DNA from: Patescibacteria group bacterium
Lineage (GTDB): Bacteria; Patescibacteriota; Microgenomatia; 2-02-FULL-39-11
DNA: 64,000 nt
Reading direction: 5' to 3'
Assembly: GCA_023379265.1 (NCBI GenBank)
Contig: JAMCUI010000009.1
Span: forward strand, 167,802 to 231,801
Shown here: one piece after another, positions 18,452 through 28,300 of the stretch
Layout: every line of letters begins with the position of its first letter
Position numbering within the stretch: the stretch's first letter is position 1
Notes under the pieces: model-generated
What the model saw: only the letters and a program-made list of their open reading frames with translations
Databases searched by the model: none
What the model was told of the DNA's origin: nothing
Translations under genes and position numbers: made by a program

Positions 18452-19687
18452 CTATTTTGTAATCAACTCATCTCCCTGATAATTTCTCAGTTTTGGAATA
18501 AGCAAGGCTAAAAGTCCGACTGCGGCCAGAGTTCCCACTCCTCCCAGGACAACAGAGAAAGGAGCGCCTAACATGGCAGCGGTTATCCCTGCTTCGGTTT
18601 CACCCAGCTGAGGCCCGCCCATAAAAAATATCATATTTATTGAGACCATTCTGCCTCGTATATGATCGGGTGTCGCCAGTTGTCTTATTGTATTTCTTAT
18701 TATTGTACTGATGACGTCGCCTGCTCCGGTCAGAAAGAGGAATAGTATTGAGAGATAAAATGATTTCGATAAACCAAAGAAAATTGTGGCAAGGCCATAG
18801 ATTGAAACTGCCGTAAGGAGTATTTTCCCCTGGTGTTTTATGTGGCCCAAAGAGGAAACAAAGAGGCCTGCGCTAACTGCTCCTATTGAAGCTGCAGCAT
18901 AAAGTATACCCATCCCTTGGGGTCCGACTTTGAGTATATCTTTGGCAAATATGGGCAAAAGGACCGTGGCTGAGGCAAAAAATGTGGCAAAAAAGTCTAA
19001 AAGCATAGTGGAATAGATAATGGGAGTGTTTATGACGAATCTTATTCCGTCTCTCACAGTATCAAGATTAAAATCTACCTTAATTGGTCGAGGCGATTTC
19101 GGAGGCCGTATGGCAAACAGGGAAAAAATTACCGCCAGAAAAGAAAGGGCATTGAGAGTGTAAACCGCACCAACTCCATGCAAAGCGATAATAAATCCTG
19201 CAATGGTAGGGCCAATCACCATAGCAGATTGCCACATGATGGTATTGAGGCTGACAGCGTTGATGAAGTATTTTTCAGGCACGAGTGCAGGAACAAGTGA
19301 CTGACGTGCGGGGGTTTCAAAAGATGTAGCAATAGAGTTTATCGCCAGAAGAATATAGATGAGGAGGGGACTGATATTATGGGTAAACGTGGTGATCGCG
19401 AAAATAAAAGCGGTGGCCATAGATATGGTTTGTGCAGCAATCATCAGTTTTTTTCGGTCAGCGATATCTGCTATCATTCCTCCCGCCAGTGAAAAAAAGA
19501 TAATCGGTAAAAACCTTGATAATCCTATAAGTCCAAGGGAAAGAGCAGAACCAGTGATAAGATAAATTTGCCAGTTTAGAGCGACTACCTGCATTTCCGA
19601 TCCAATTCTAGAGATAAGCATCCCCAACCATAAAAGTCGGAAATCTCTAAATTGTAAGGCTAAAAATGGATGATAACGAGGTTTCAT
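18452..19687 (-). CDS. MFS transporter (efflux type)
   Basis: 12 TM helices with an N-terminal LALQFRDFRLLWLGMLISRIGSEMQ signature. Confidence 0.8.
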   Translation of the reverse strand: MKPRYHPFLALQFRDFRLLWLGMLISRIGSEMQVVALNWQIYLITGSALSLGLIGLSRFLPIIFFSLAGGMIADIADRKKLMIAAQTISMATAFIFAITTFTHNISPLLIYILLAINSIATSFETPARQSLVPALVPEKYFINAVSLNTIMWQSAMVIGPTIAGFIIALHGVGAVYTLNALSFLAVIFSLFAIRPPKSPRPIKVDFNLDTVRDGIRFVINTPIIYSTMLLDFFATFFASATVLLPIFAKDILKVGPQGMGILYAAASIGAVSAGLFVSSLGHIKHQGKILLTAVSIYGLATIFFGLSKSFYLSILFLFLTGAGDVISTIIRNTIRQLATPDHIRGRMVSINMIFFMGGPQLGETEAGITAAMLGAPFSVVLGGVGTLAAVGLLALLIPKLRNYQGDELITK

Positions 19688-19787
19688 ATATCCGATAGTT
19701 TTGTAATCTTTACTATAATGATGAATATTATATTATTCTAAACTAATAACCAACAACTCACAATAAACAGTAAACATCCCATAGTAC

Positions 19788-19816
19788 TTGACAACTACTT
19801 TTTTGCGTGATATAAT
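19788..19816 (+). promoter_or_regulatory. consensus sigma70 promoter (TTGACA, 17-nt spacer, TATAAT)
   Basis: Perfect hexamers at 19788-19793 and 19811-19816 with a 17-nt spacer, 42 nt upstream of the surface-protein ATG. Confidence 0.55.
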
Positions 19817-19857
19817 CCCCCGCAACTTATTAATCTGCCCAAAAATAAAGGAGTTTT

Positions 19858-20526
19858 ATGAAAAGTCTGAAACAGGCAGTATTTTTTTTGACCTTATTTT
19901 CTGTAACTTTATTTTTACCCCAGTCAGTTTTTGCTGACGGCGCATACGGTGGAGGATGTACTCCAGTTTACGGTGGAGGAGTACAGTGTCCACGAGTCGG
20001 ACAAGTTCTAGTAAATAAGACTGTACAAAATCCAGCAACAGGAGTTTTTGTCGACAATCTTGGTCCGGCAGACCCCAAATATCGTCCCGAACAGGTAGTC
20101 ACTTTCCATATCGATGTGCAAAATTCCGGTGACCAGACTTTGGATGCTGTCACTGTGAAGGATACGTTACCGGCATATGTGGATTTTATGTCTGGCCCTG
20201 GCAACTATGATGCTAATTCTCGTGTCTTGACCTTTACCGTCAATAATCTGGCGGGAGGAACTGACCAGCAATATGAGGTGAAGGCAAGAACAGTCCATCC
20301 GGCTGTTTTGCCGTCAAATAAAAATGTGGTCTGTCTGGTAAACATGGTGGATGCTACCAGTGGAGATCAGTCTGATCACGACGAAAGCCAATTTTGTATA
20401 GAAAAACAGATAACCGTGACCTCAGCGCCTTCTGCAGGTCCCCAGCATTGGATGTTGACACTAGCAGGCCTGGGATCAGCACTTGTATCTGGTTTGTATC
20501 TGAGAAAAAAAGCGATTATTGGTTAA
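19858..20526 (+). CDS. secreted DUF11 (conserved-repeat-domain) cell-surface protein with C-terminal membrane anchor
   Basis: Signal peptide MKSLKQAVFFLTLFSVTLFLPQSVFA. DUF11-like FHIDVQNSGDQTLDAVTVKDTLPAYVDF. C-terminal hydrophobic helix plus LRKKAIIG. Confidence 0.6.
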   Translation: MKSLKQAVFFLTLFSVTLFLPQSVFADGAYGGGCTPVYGGGVQCPRVGQVLVNKTVQNPATGVFVDNLGPADPKYRPEQVVTFHIDVQNSGDQTLDAVTVKDTLPAYVDFMSGPGNYDANSRVLTFTVNNLAGGTDQQYEVKARTVHPAVLPSNKNVVCLVNMVDATSGDQSDHDESQFCIEKQITVTSAPSAGPQHWMLTLAGLGSALVSGLYLRKKAIIG

Positions 20527-20866
20527 AAAATTGGTAGTTAGCGGTTGATGGTCAATTATCCTCTTTTCTTGTTCTGCCCGGAACGGGATGGAGTAAAAGG
20601 TTTCCTCCCCTCCGACAGGCAAGAGGATATTTTTGTAAGAGTTTCCCGGCGCAGAAGGGATTATTCTTACAAATAGAGAGAAATTGTAAAGATTTCGAAC
20701 TGTCTGTAAGAGCAGTATTAACAATTAAATAGAGATTAAATCCAGAATGGAGGGAAATTGATCGTGTGTAATGTGTGATGAGCATAGCCCACCACAATAA
20801 TTTCTTTTCATCTTGGGTTTAATTTATCTCGCCGAAGCTTTAGCGTAGGCGGAACCTAAGTCAATC

Positions 20867-20896
20867 TGGAAGATAAGCAGTCTATTGCGATTGCAG
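20867..20896 (+). repeat. copy C of the recurrent intergenic core motif (GGAaGATAAGcAGTCTATtGCGATtGCAG)
   Basis: Aligns to cores at 6664-6692 and 58344-58372. Confidence 0.35.
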
Positions 20897-21464
20897 ACTC
20901 AGACAGATTGAAGAGTTGGAAGTTTTAGTTTTTGGCTTAGTTCAAACAGCAACTAATCACCAACAGCTAATAACCGATAACTATTCCGATATTTTATCGG
21001 AATTGCACTTTAAAAACCAGAAACGCAATAGGGAGTTTCTGTCCCGAGTTTTACGAAGGATAGAATTACTCTCAATTGTCCCGAGAGAAATCGAGGGACA
21101 ATAAAAAATTGGTTGTTTTCAATTGACAGGCTCAGTTCTCAGGGGGCGACCCTTTGATGCCGGAAATTTGCGAATAATTGTTATGAGTAATGGGTTCAGT
21201 TTTCAAACACACAACACACCACGCGTAACACAAAACATATTATCCGCAGTTTTCCGGTATCTTGGGGTAGAAATATAGTCAATTCGATTGGGCTAGGAGG
21301 CTAAAAAAGAAGCCTGATCACAGAAAACAGCATCGCAGTCATTACCCTGAGATTGTCGAATCTGAACCTCTACGCCGGATAACGAGGTAGACGAGTTGAA
21401 GTTTAGCATGTTTCCAAAGACCTAAGGGAATTTGGGATAATCAGAACACCTTTGGAGGTGAACC

Positions 21465-22205
21465 ATGGGTACCATCGGTACCATTCTCGTTACGTCCGTT
21501 TTGTGCTTGGTCGGTCTCGCCGTGCTGGGCGTCGCGTTCTTGGTGGGCGCATTCACGGCGAAGAAGCAAGGTGAAGAAGAAAGTGTGCCGACCTCGCGGC
21601 GTCTCGGACGCGGCTTTTCGTTTGCGTTGTGGACCGGTATGGCGATGCTCATCATTGGCGGACTGTGCATGTTCTCTATCGCGGCTGTGTCGGTGGCGTC
21701 TCAGTTTGCGTCGAACCCGCCTGCACTAGTCGCGCCCGCGAACCCGCCCGTCAATCCTGCGCCCGTCAACCCGGCGCCCGCGAACCCGCCCGTCAATCCT
21801 GCGCCCGTCAACCCGGCGCCCGTCGCGCCCGTCAATCCGCCCGCGAACACTGGGGCGTCTGATCCTTGGGGACTCTCCACCATGTCGGTGGCTGATGCCC
21901 AGCAATGGCTCTCGAAGAACATCGGCGGCTCCGCCGACAAGTGGACGCCGCGCAACGACGAACACACGATGTGGGGCTACTGGGACCAAGATCACAAGGT
22001 GACGTTTCGTCACCCGGGAAACAACTCGATGCTCACGTATTGGAACGGGTTTCCCGAACCGCAAAATGCGCGCGGCTGTTGGGTGCAAGTGCCCAAGAAA
22101 AGCGACCGCTGGGACGGTACGACGCGCACGGTGCAATGTCCGACCGCTGGGGCTACGTTTGAAGCAGATGGTGTGGGTTTCCACCCCGTCGCGCCGAACA
22201 ACTAG
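21465..22205 (+). CDS. hypothetical membrane protein encoded in a GC-rich island (2 TM, Pro/Asn-rich NPAPVNPxP repeats, C-terminal Trp-rich domain)
   Basis: This ORF runs through the GC-rich island; the minus-strand ORFs there are Arg-rich antisense artefacts. Codon usage is GC3-rich, unlike the neighbouring genes. Confidence 0.5.
   Translation: MGTIGTILVTSVLCLVGLAVLGVAFLVGAFTAKKQGEEESVPTSRRLGRGFSFALWTGMAMLIIGGLCMFSIAAVSVASQFASNPPALVAPANPPVNPAPVNPAPANPPVNPAPVNPAPVAPVNPPANTGASDPWGLSTMSVADAQQWLSKNIGGSADKWTPRNDEHTMWGYWDQDHKVTFRHPGNNSMLTYWNGFPEPQNARGCWVQVPKKSDRWDGTTRTVQCPTAGATFEADGVGFHPVAPNN
21738..21821 (+). repeat. perfect 42-bp tandem duplication inside the CDS (encodes ANPPVNPAPVNPAP x2)
   Basis: gcgaacccgcccgtcaatcctgcgcccgtcaacccggcgccc occurs twice back to back, and a partial third unit follows. 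Confidence 0.9.
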
Positions 22206-22230
22206 TTCCGGCAATCGTGCGACGCGCACC

Positions 22231-22270
22231 AAAGGCGGCCCCCGATGGGGAATCAAGCGGGGCCGCCTTT
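22231..22270 (+). terminator. GC-rich hairpin (aaaggcggcccc / ggggccgccttt) downstream of the island CDS
   Basis: 12-bp perfect inverted repeat with a 16-nt loop and A/T flanks (bidirectional-terminator-like). No long T-run. Confidence 0.4.
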
Positions 22271-22302
22271 ACCGGCGACTCCGCTTCTCCCTGGGGGAGA
22301 AA

Positions 22303-22325
22303 AAAGGTTGAATAGTTCAACCTTT
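22303..22325. terminator. 10-bp hairpin (aaaggttgaa / ttcaaccttt) flanked by an A-run, acting as a terminator for minus-strand transcription
   Basis: On the minus strand the stem is followed by TTTTTTCTC. It marks the right edge of the island. Confidence 0.35.
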
Positions 22326-22529
22326 CTGGGACAATACCACCCGGATAAAGTGCCAAGGGCACAAAACTATATGGACAACCAAAAAGGAAGGGATGGATGG
22401 CGAAAGCTGTCTCAAGTCGTGACTTTTTGTCACACTTTTTCTCTTTCTTGCGTTTCTGGTTGTTCTTTTGATCTTAAGGATACTTGAGGTCAGAAGAATA
22501 AGTATTTTTATGTTGAGAATATAGCAGGT

Positions 22530-23855
22530 ATGATGAAAAGATTAATACAGACTTATAACCATCAGGACACACTCCTCATGGTTTCGCTATACCCCAAAAA
22601 AGGGGAGCTTTACTCATCCGGCACATCCGGGCTGGCTTCTTATGCCAAAAACATAGTAACTCATATGAATCACAGGATAGTAGTGCTTGCGGATAGACAC
22701 GGCAAGAAAGATGAAATATATGAAGAAAAAGGAGTACTGGTGTTGCGCTGCTTTGAGAGGAACAACCCTTTGCTTTGGTTTCAAATATTAAAAAAATTAT
22801 TCTTATTTCCAGCAGCCAGAAGTATACTGATTCAATTTGATTTTGCCGTTTACGGAGGGAATTTACCCACTTTTTCCATAGTTTTTTTCCTGGGAATATT
22901 GAGATTTATGGGAAAACAAGTTTCAATTGTCATGCATCACGTGGTACTGGATGCTTTCAAACTTAAAGGTCATATCGGGCTTAAGGATAACTTTGCCGGC
23001 CTTATAAAAGGAAGTTTATACAACGCTATATTTCAACTATTTTACCGTCTATCATGCCACTTGTCAGATAAAACAGTAGTCCTTGAAGAAGCATTGAGAC
23101 AGAATTTAGGAAAAATTGTTGATAAAGATAAGATAGTGACAATTCCCCATGGAGTTGATACGGAAATCCAAAATTTGGAAAAGGAAGAATCACGCAAAAA
23201 ACTCAAGATTGGTAAAGACGAGTATGTAGTTATGTTTTTTGGTTATATCAATTGGTTTAAGGGAGCGGATTTCTTTGTGGAAGCATTTGGAAATGTGGAA
23301 AAGGTGTTAAATAAAAATACAAGATTTATTCTAGCCGGTGGAGAAAGTCCAACAATGATTGATAGGCCACACTACCGCGATTACTATGGAAAAATCATAG
23401 ATAGCGCAGGGAAATCTCATAAAGTTGAGATTACCGGCTATATACCCCAGAAAGATTTAGCTGCCTATTTTTCGGCGGCTGATATTATAGTCTTGCCTTA
23501 CCGCCATTTTATGACCGCTTCAGGCGTACTCTCGCTGGTCTTTTCCTACAGAAAACCATTTATAATTTCCGAAGAATTAAAGAGTATGTTTGATTCTGAG
23601 GATTTTCGGGATGCACTGTCATCTTCAGGTCTGAAGATATCTGATATGGTCTTTGAACTAGATCATAAATCATGCCTGTCAACAGCAGAAAATGTGTTGG
23701 TAAACGGTTTGAAAGCTAAGATGACCAGGATGGCAGGAATAATCAGAGAGAAAAGATCATATAGAAATACTGCAATGATATACGACAATATAATATCACC
23801 ACATAATCATTACTCTCTTCATAAACTGCAGACTCTAGGTTATACTCAAAATTGA
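22530..23855 (+). CDS. glycosyltransferase family 4 (GT-B, group 1)
   Basis: C-terminal GT1 signature FGYINWFKGADFFVEAF...ADIIVLPYRHFMTASGVLSLVFSYRKPFIISE. Confidence 0.7.
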   Translation: MMKRLIQTYNHQDTLLMVSLYPKKGELYSSGTSGLASYAKNIVTHMNHRIVVLADRHGKKDEIYEEKGVLVLRCFERNNPLLWFQILKKLFLFPAARSILIQFDFAVYGGNLPTFSIVFFLGILRFMGKQVSIVMHHVVLDAFKLKGHIGLKDNFAGLIKGSLYNAIFQLFYRLSCHLSDKTVVLEEALRQNLGKIVDKDKIVTIPHGVDTEIQNLEKEESRKKLKIGKDEYVVMFFGYINWFKGADFFVEAFGNVEKVLNKNTRFILAGGESPTMIDRPHYRDYYGKIIDSAGKSHKVEITGYIPQKDLAAYFSAADIIVLPYRHFMTASGVLSLVFSYRKPFIISEELKSMFDSEDFRDALSSSGLKISDMVFELDHKSCLSTAENVLVNGLKAKMTRMAGIIREKRSYRNTAMIYDNIISPHNHYSLHKLQTLGYTQN

Positions 23856-23859
23856 GACT

Positions 23860-25347
23860 ATGTCTGCGAAAATTCCCTGGTTGATTCTTGGCGCATCGAT
23901 TTTGATTTTAGGATTCTATTTTCTTTTTTTTGGGAAAATACAGATAGCTGGTGACATAGTGGAATACTACGGAATGACAGTGTCGATTTTGAATCACGGG
24001 GACGTTTCATTGCGAAATAGCGATAAGACGGATATTGAAAAATATTTGCCTGCAGCTTACTTTTCCGACCCCCAATATTATATGGTCGGGGCCAATCAAG
24101 TAAGATATCCGGTCCATTTCCCTTTTTATGCGTATCTTCTCATTCCATCAAGAATAATCCTTTCATTAATGGGAGCAAATCCGATGTTATCATTTCCATT
24201 GACAAATATTTTAATATTGGCATCAGTACTAATTTACGCCTTTAGAAAGTATATCAAAGAACCGGATAAAAGACTTTTTTTGTTGTTTCTTGTGTATTTC
24301 TCCCCATTAATTTTTTTCCTTGGTTGGCCGGGCCCGGAAATTTATTACACAGGATTGATTTTTATTAGTATATTGGCTTTCATTTCAGGTGAATATTTTC
24401 TTTCCGCGTTTTTCTCCGCTCTCGCTTCATGGCAGAGCCAGCCGCTAATCGTGGTTTCCTTTATAACGGTCATTTATATGGTGATCGATACTCTTGTTAA
24501 ATTTAAGAAGAATAGAGTAGCAGAGAAAAACTCCAACAATTATTTATTGGTTATTAAATCATTATCAATATTGTTGCTGATGTTTATTCCCTACGTATTT
24601 AGTTATTTCCAATTTGGACTTTTGACTCCGTGGACAAATATTCGCAATGGCTGGACGGAAATAAACGGATTTGGTTTACAGAATATCAGCCTGAAAAAAC
24701 TTTTTGAACAGTTTTTCGATTTGAATATGGGACTTTTTTGGTATGCGCCGTTTACTCTTGTGATCGGATTTTATTATTTGATTAAAAGGATTATTGTTGA
24801 CAATAAAGCCGTATTTCTAAGCGCGATCTATCTGGTAACCGCCTTTTTTTATCAGACTAATCCTGCGTGGAATTATGGTACTGCAGGTTACGGCCCTACA
24901 AGACATATTGTTTACATTCTTCCCTTATTTATAGTTCTTGCTATTGATTTTCTTCATGAGAAAAAACTGAGTATTATTACTTCTATCATATTTTTTATCC
25001 TGTTGTGTCTGCAAACTATATCCATGAATATGAACGGGTGGGTAAATCCGGATTTCAGAAATTCGCTCAGGAATAATTACTACGCAATCTATATTTTGGA
25101 CAATTTTCCTTCCTTATATAATCCAACCCCAGAGATATTTGTTGATAGGACTAATCAGACTGATCTGGATCACCCGACATCCGGGTTTTATAAATACAAA
25201 GGGTATTGTACAAAAGCATATGTTTTATCGGACGAACTTAATAATCTGGAAAATCAGTGCGGTTATATTCCAACTGAACAAAAAAAATCGATTATCGCTG
25301 GGTTGAAAACGTTAAATCCTTATCAAGGAATCTATGTCAATTATTAA
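23860..25347 (+). CDS. polytopic integral membrane protein (possible GT-C-like / polymerase-like)
   Basis: More than 10 TM helices, no soluble domain. Assignment from context only. Confidence 0.5.
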   Translation: MSAKIPWLILGASILILGFYFLFFGKIQIAGDIVEYYGMTVSILNHGDVSLRNSDKTDIEKYLPAAYFSDPQYYMVGANQVRYPVHFPFYAYLLIPSRIILSLMGANPMLSFPLTNILILASVLIYAFRKYIKEPDKRLFLLFLVYFSPLIFFLGWPGPEIYYTGLIFISILAFISGEYFLSAFFSALASWQSQPLIVVSFITVIYMVIDTLVKFKKNRVAEKNSNNYLLVIKSLSILLLMFIPYVFSYFQFGLLTPWTNIRNGWTEINGFGLQNISLKKLFEQFFDLNMGLFWYAPFTLVIGFYYLIKRIIVDNKAVFLSAIYLVTAFFYQTNPAWNYGTAGYGPTRHIVYILPLFIVLAIDFLHEKKLSIITSIIFFILLCLQTISMNMNGWVNPDFRNSLRNNYYAIYILDNFPSLYNPTPEIFVDRTNQTDLDHPTSGFYKYKGYCTKAYVLSDELNNLENQCGYIPTEQKKSIIAGLKTLNPYQGIYVNY

Positions 25348-28300
25348 GAATAAACATTTTTATTATTTATTCTTCCTCATATTAGCTGTTGTTGTCATTT
25401 GTTTTACCAACTATAAGCCGGGAACATGGTTGACTGGTTGGGATAATCTGCATCCTGAGTTTGATTTCCCCATGAATATAAACAGATCGATTTTTGCCGT
25501 CTGGCAGGAATATCAGGGATTGGGCCTTCTTGGCGGGATGGGTCATGCTGCCGACCTGCCAAGACAATTATTATTGTCAATTTTTTCAATAATTATTCCG
25601 GTAAGCTTGTTAAGATATTTTTATCAATATCTGATGCTTATTGTCGGCGTATTGGGAATCTATAAACTTGTAATATTCTTTCTTAGCGATAGATTAAAAG
25701 ATTCGTCAGTAAGAAAGATAGCATTACTCTGCAGTTTATTCTATCTGTTAAATCTGGGAACCATACAGAATTTTTTCTTTCCTTTTGAACCTTTCAGTAC
25801 TTTTTGGGGATTCTTTCCATGGGAGTTATGGGGATTATTTAATTATTTGAATAAACCAAACAAAAAAGCTTTTATATGGTTTGTCTTTATAAATATACTA
25901 GCGATTCCTCAAGCGTACGTGGAAACAATATTTCTAGTATATTTACTTTTTATTTCTATAATATTTCTGATTTATTTCTTCACAAATAAAAGCTTTTTGA
26001 CTTTTAAGAAAATTTTTGTGATCTCCGGAACTATTTTCCTTATTAATTCCTTCTGGATTCTTCCCAATGCTTACTTTATTTTTACCAGTGTTTCAGTAAC
26101 TCAGAATGCCATGAATAATAAAATGAACAATGACAGATTTGTTGAAATGAATCTTAAGAGAGGGCATCCAGGAGATTTGATATATCTGGAAGGATTCAAT
26201 CTGGATACTCTGGATGATACTCAAACTCCCGGAAAGCCTGTTTATATGATGCAGGTATGGAGGGATTATTATTCACTTTTACCGATTAGAATAGAAGGAA
26301 TAATATTTTTCATTCTTACTCTTTTGGGGATTTTGAAGGGGAGGAGGAAAAGTAAATATATTGCCGGAATGTCGATTTTGAGTGTAGTAGTGTTATTAAG
26401 CGATACTCCAATAATTTCAACAATAAATTTTCTATTACGGCAAATTCCACTCATTAACCAGGTAATCCGTAACCCCTTTACTAAATTTATCGTTCCCACA
26501 GCTGTAATCTATGCTGTTCTTTTTGGATTTGGTTTGTCGTTTATTTTTGAACACTTTGAAAAAAAAAGAGAAAGAGCAATAAAAGTAATATTCCTTTTAC
26601 TTACATTAATGGTATTGATATACGGATTACCGGCGTTTACCGGACATCTGTTTTCTGACAGATTGAGGATTAAAATTCCTGATTATTATTTTCAAGTATT
26701 TAATTACTTTAAGACTAAAGATCCCAACGCGAGAATAATGAATCTTCCACAAGATACTTATTGGGGATGGGGTTCCTATAAATGGGGTCTTACTGGTTCA
26801 GGATTTTTATGGTACGGTATTGGACAACCTGTTATGGATAGAGCTTTTGATGTTTGGAGTAATTACCTTGAGCAGTATTATTGGGAGTTAATTTATGATT
26901 TGAGGATGAGAGATCAGAATCTTTTCAATAAAACGGTAAAAAAATACGACATCACTTATGTATTATATGATGAGAGTTATATTCCTTCCGATTACAATAG
27001 CTTAAAATGGATAATTCAGCAGAAAGAGTTGTTGGATAATAATCCGTTATTTACTAAAGTAGCAGATTTCGGCACTGTAAGCATATACAAAATTAACGAT
27101 AATTCTGGCTCCGGTTCGATGAGTCTATTAAATAGTGTTCCACAAACTATAAAATACGAAAATTTCAGTAATACTGATGATTTGTTTAACTCTGTCGGAA
27201 ATTATTATGAAGAGAATAATAAACCGGAACCTGATTATGTTTATCCTTTTGAATCATTATTTACAAATCGATTCCAGAATGAAGTAAAATTTTCGGTTTC
27301 AGACACAGCCAATGATATCAGCTTTACGAAAGAAATACCAAAAGGTAATTATAATTTGAATATTCCCTCTTTAATAAATGATGAAAAAATTTTACCTTTT
27401 GCTATTTACGCGAAGATCGAAGGTGGTAGCTTAATTTTAAGCTTTCAACTGAAAAGTCCGGAAGTGCACGTAGATAATGTGGTAGTTAATAATAATCCGA
27501 TCTCCAAGCAATTTGCAATTCCTATTCCGGTACAATTTAGTGGGAACTATTATTTACTTAGTATAAATAATAGGGACTTTTTAAGCATAGTAAACCCTTC
27601 CGATAATTACGAGTATATTGGTGATGCATATTTAATTAACAGTCTAATTGGTAATTCCGTATCTCTATATTCGGGAAGCAATCCTGCGATTCAGGATTTG
27701 GAACCGAAAAAATTTAACGCCGCAGTTGACTGTAATTCGGGAAAGTCAACCAAGTCCAGCTTGACTGAGGTATCGGGAAACATACTGAAAATATTTGCAC
27801 AAGGTAGTTCTACATGTGTACCATACAGTTCTCCATTGATCAACTTGCCAACCAGAGGATTGGACAGGATAAGTTTTGTTTATAAATCCAAATATGATGA
27901 ATTTCCAAAATTCTGTTTTAGGAATTTATCTTCAGGTAATTGTATAAACCAATCAAATAATAACAAAATAAGCTTTTCCACAAATTATCTCAGGTATAAT
28001 GAGTATTTTGAGGATAAAGGCGGGATAAATAATATAAATACTTTTTCGTTTATTCTTGAGCCGGGGTATGACAAATCTTTGTCTGGAGAAAAAAACATAT
28101 CTTATCAGAATATTGAAGTATTCTCCTACCCTTTTATCGATTCATTTGACTTTGACACAACCTCTTTAAGTCATAATTCTGTAACAGAGTTTAAATTTAA
28201 CATTAATAAAAGTTCCTTAATCGAAGTTAATGTACCTAAAATATCTGGAAGTTATGAGTGGAGTAACCTTATAAACGATAACCAGTATAAAAGGAACCCT

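Noticed and set aside
21020-21100. Possible CRISPR-like repeat (tgtcccgag twice)
   Set aside because: Only two short copies are present, with no regular spacer array and no cas genes.
20916-21104. 62-aa ORF in the long noncoding stretch
   Set aside because: It has no RBS, motif, or compositional support and lies within hairpin-rich noncoding DNA.
21726-22256. 176-aa minus-strand ORF that is Arg/Gly-rich (plus 21701..21967 and 22010..22201 minus ORFs)
   Set aside because: These are antisense frames of the GC-rich island. Open frames arise by chance in high-GC DNA. The plus-strand 246-aa ORF has TM helices and repeats consistent with a real protein.
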